Assembly: GCF_001194135.2 (NCBI RefSeq) | Contig: NC_068982.1 | Coordinates: 41,452,218-41,487,710, forward strand | Origin: Octopus bimaculoides | Lineage: Eukaryota | Direction: 5' to 3' | Length of the DNA stretch: 35,493 bases | Part shown: piece after piece, positions 34,785 through 35,493 of the stretch | Layout of the letters: the number at the start of each line of letters is the position of its first letter | How positions within the stretch are numbered: position 1 is the stretch's first letter | Notes under the pieces: generated by a model | What the model was told of the DNA's origin: nothing | What the model saw: only the letters and a program-made list of their open reading frames with translations | Database searches by the model: none | Translations under genes and position numbers: made by a program

Positions 34785-35493
34785 TCATCATCATCATCGT
34801 TTAACATCCGCTTTCCATGTTGGCATGGGTTGGACGATTTGACTGAGGACTGGCGAACTAGATGGCTGCACCAGGCTCCAATCTGATCTGGCNNNNNNNN
34901 NNTGGGTTGGACGATTTGACTGAGGACTGGCGAACTAGATGGCTGCACCAGGCTCCAATCTGATCTGGCAGAGTTTCTACAGCTGGATGCCCTACCTAAC
35001 GCCAACCACTCTGAGAGTTTAGTAGGTGCTTTTATGTGCTAGTCAGGCGGTACTGGCAACGGCCACGCTCAAAATGGTGTTTTTTACGTGCCACCTGCAC
35101 AGGAGCCACTGGCAACGACCTCGCTGAAATGTTTTTTCATGTGCCACTGGCATAAGTGCCAGTAAGGTGACGCTGGTAACAATCACACTCAAATGGTGCT
35201 ATTTACGTGCCACCAGTACGGAAGCCAGACAGCTGCTCTGGCAATGATCACGCTCGGATGGTGCTGTTAGTGCTCCACTGGCACAGGTGCCAGTCATCGA
35301 ATTAAGTTCAATTACCATTTCGATTTCACTTGCCACAACAGGTCTTCGCAAGCAGAGTTTAGTGTCCAATGAAGGAAAGGTTGGCATGGGTGCCAGTTGT
35401 CGAATTTGGTTCGATTTCGATTTCACTTGCCTCAACAGGTCTTCACAAGCAGAGTTTAATGTCCAATGAAGGAAAGGTATGCATAAGTGGTCT
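34785..35493 (-). mobile_element. RTE LINE 3' region running off the window end, with internal tandem repeats
   Basis: Same (CAT)n tail and 3' UTR; a ~97-bp unit (cgatttcacttgcc.caacaggtcttc.caagcagagttta.tgtccaatgaaggaaagg) occurs twice at about 35321-35478. Confidence 0.85.

Noticed and set aside
34825-34970. Tandem duplication of about 70 bp in the RTE tail
   Set aside because: The copies are identical and flank a 10-N gap, which is typical of unmerged contig overlap.

Overview
This is AT-rich, repeat-dense eukaryotic DNA. The repeat families look like those of octopus (inferred from recall, not database-checked). The main feature is 12 consecutive internal coding exons of an anaphase-promoting complex subunit 4 gene (ANAPC4/APC4) on the + strand, from 1216 to 18583. 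All have GT-AG boundaries and consistent phases, and they splice to 956 nt (318 codons + 2 nt): GLKKLGLSIESSYLSIQKLVVRLQ...VIDRSIKSLKAFFRWLYV...MTQHDFNFVAEFIRDNF...FKLEKVGQYLRKEDL...GSIGTTEEQDEGDDG. The 5' exons lie outside the window. I could not find the expected last ~130-150 aa in the remaining 17 kb. The introns hold one full-length decayed mariner (D,D34D, TA TSD), a second mariner remnant, many RTE-LINE 3' ends, at least four SINE families, piggyBac-type and hAT-type MITEs, and several nested insertions with readable TSDs. The features not explained by known families are a ~785-bp foldback element (31621-32405) and a possible opposite-strand gene end (11-nt microexon plus terminal exon). 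I see no prokaryotic-type system or CRISPR array, and no convincing new multi-gene system. Most ORFs in the supplied track are repeat-derived or run through N gaps. Repeat coordinates are approximate unless a TSD or TIR is given.
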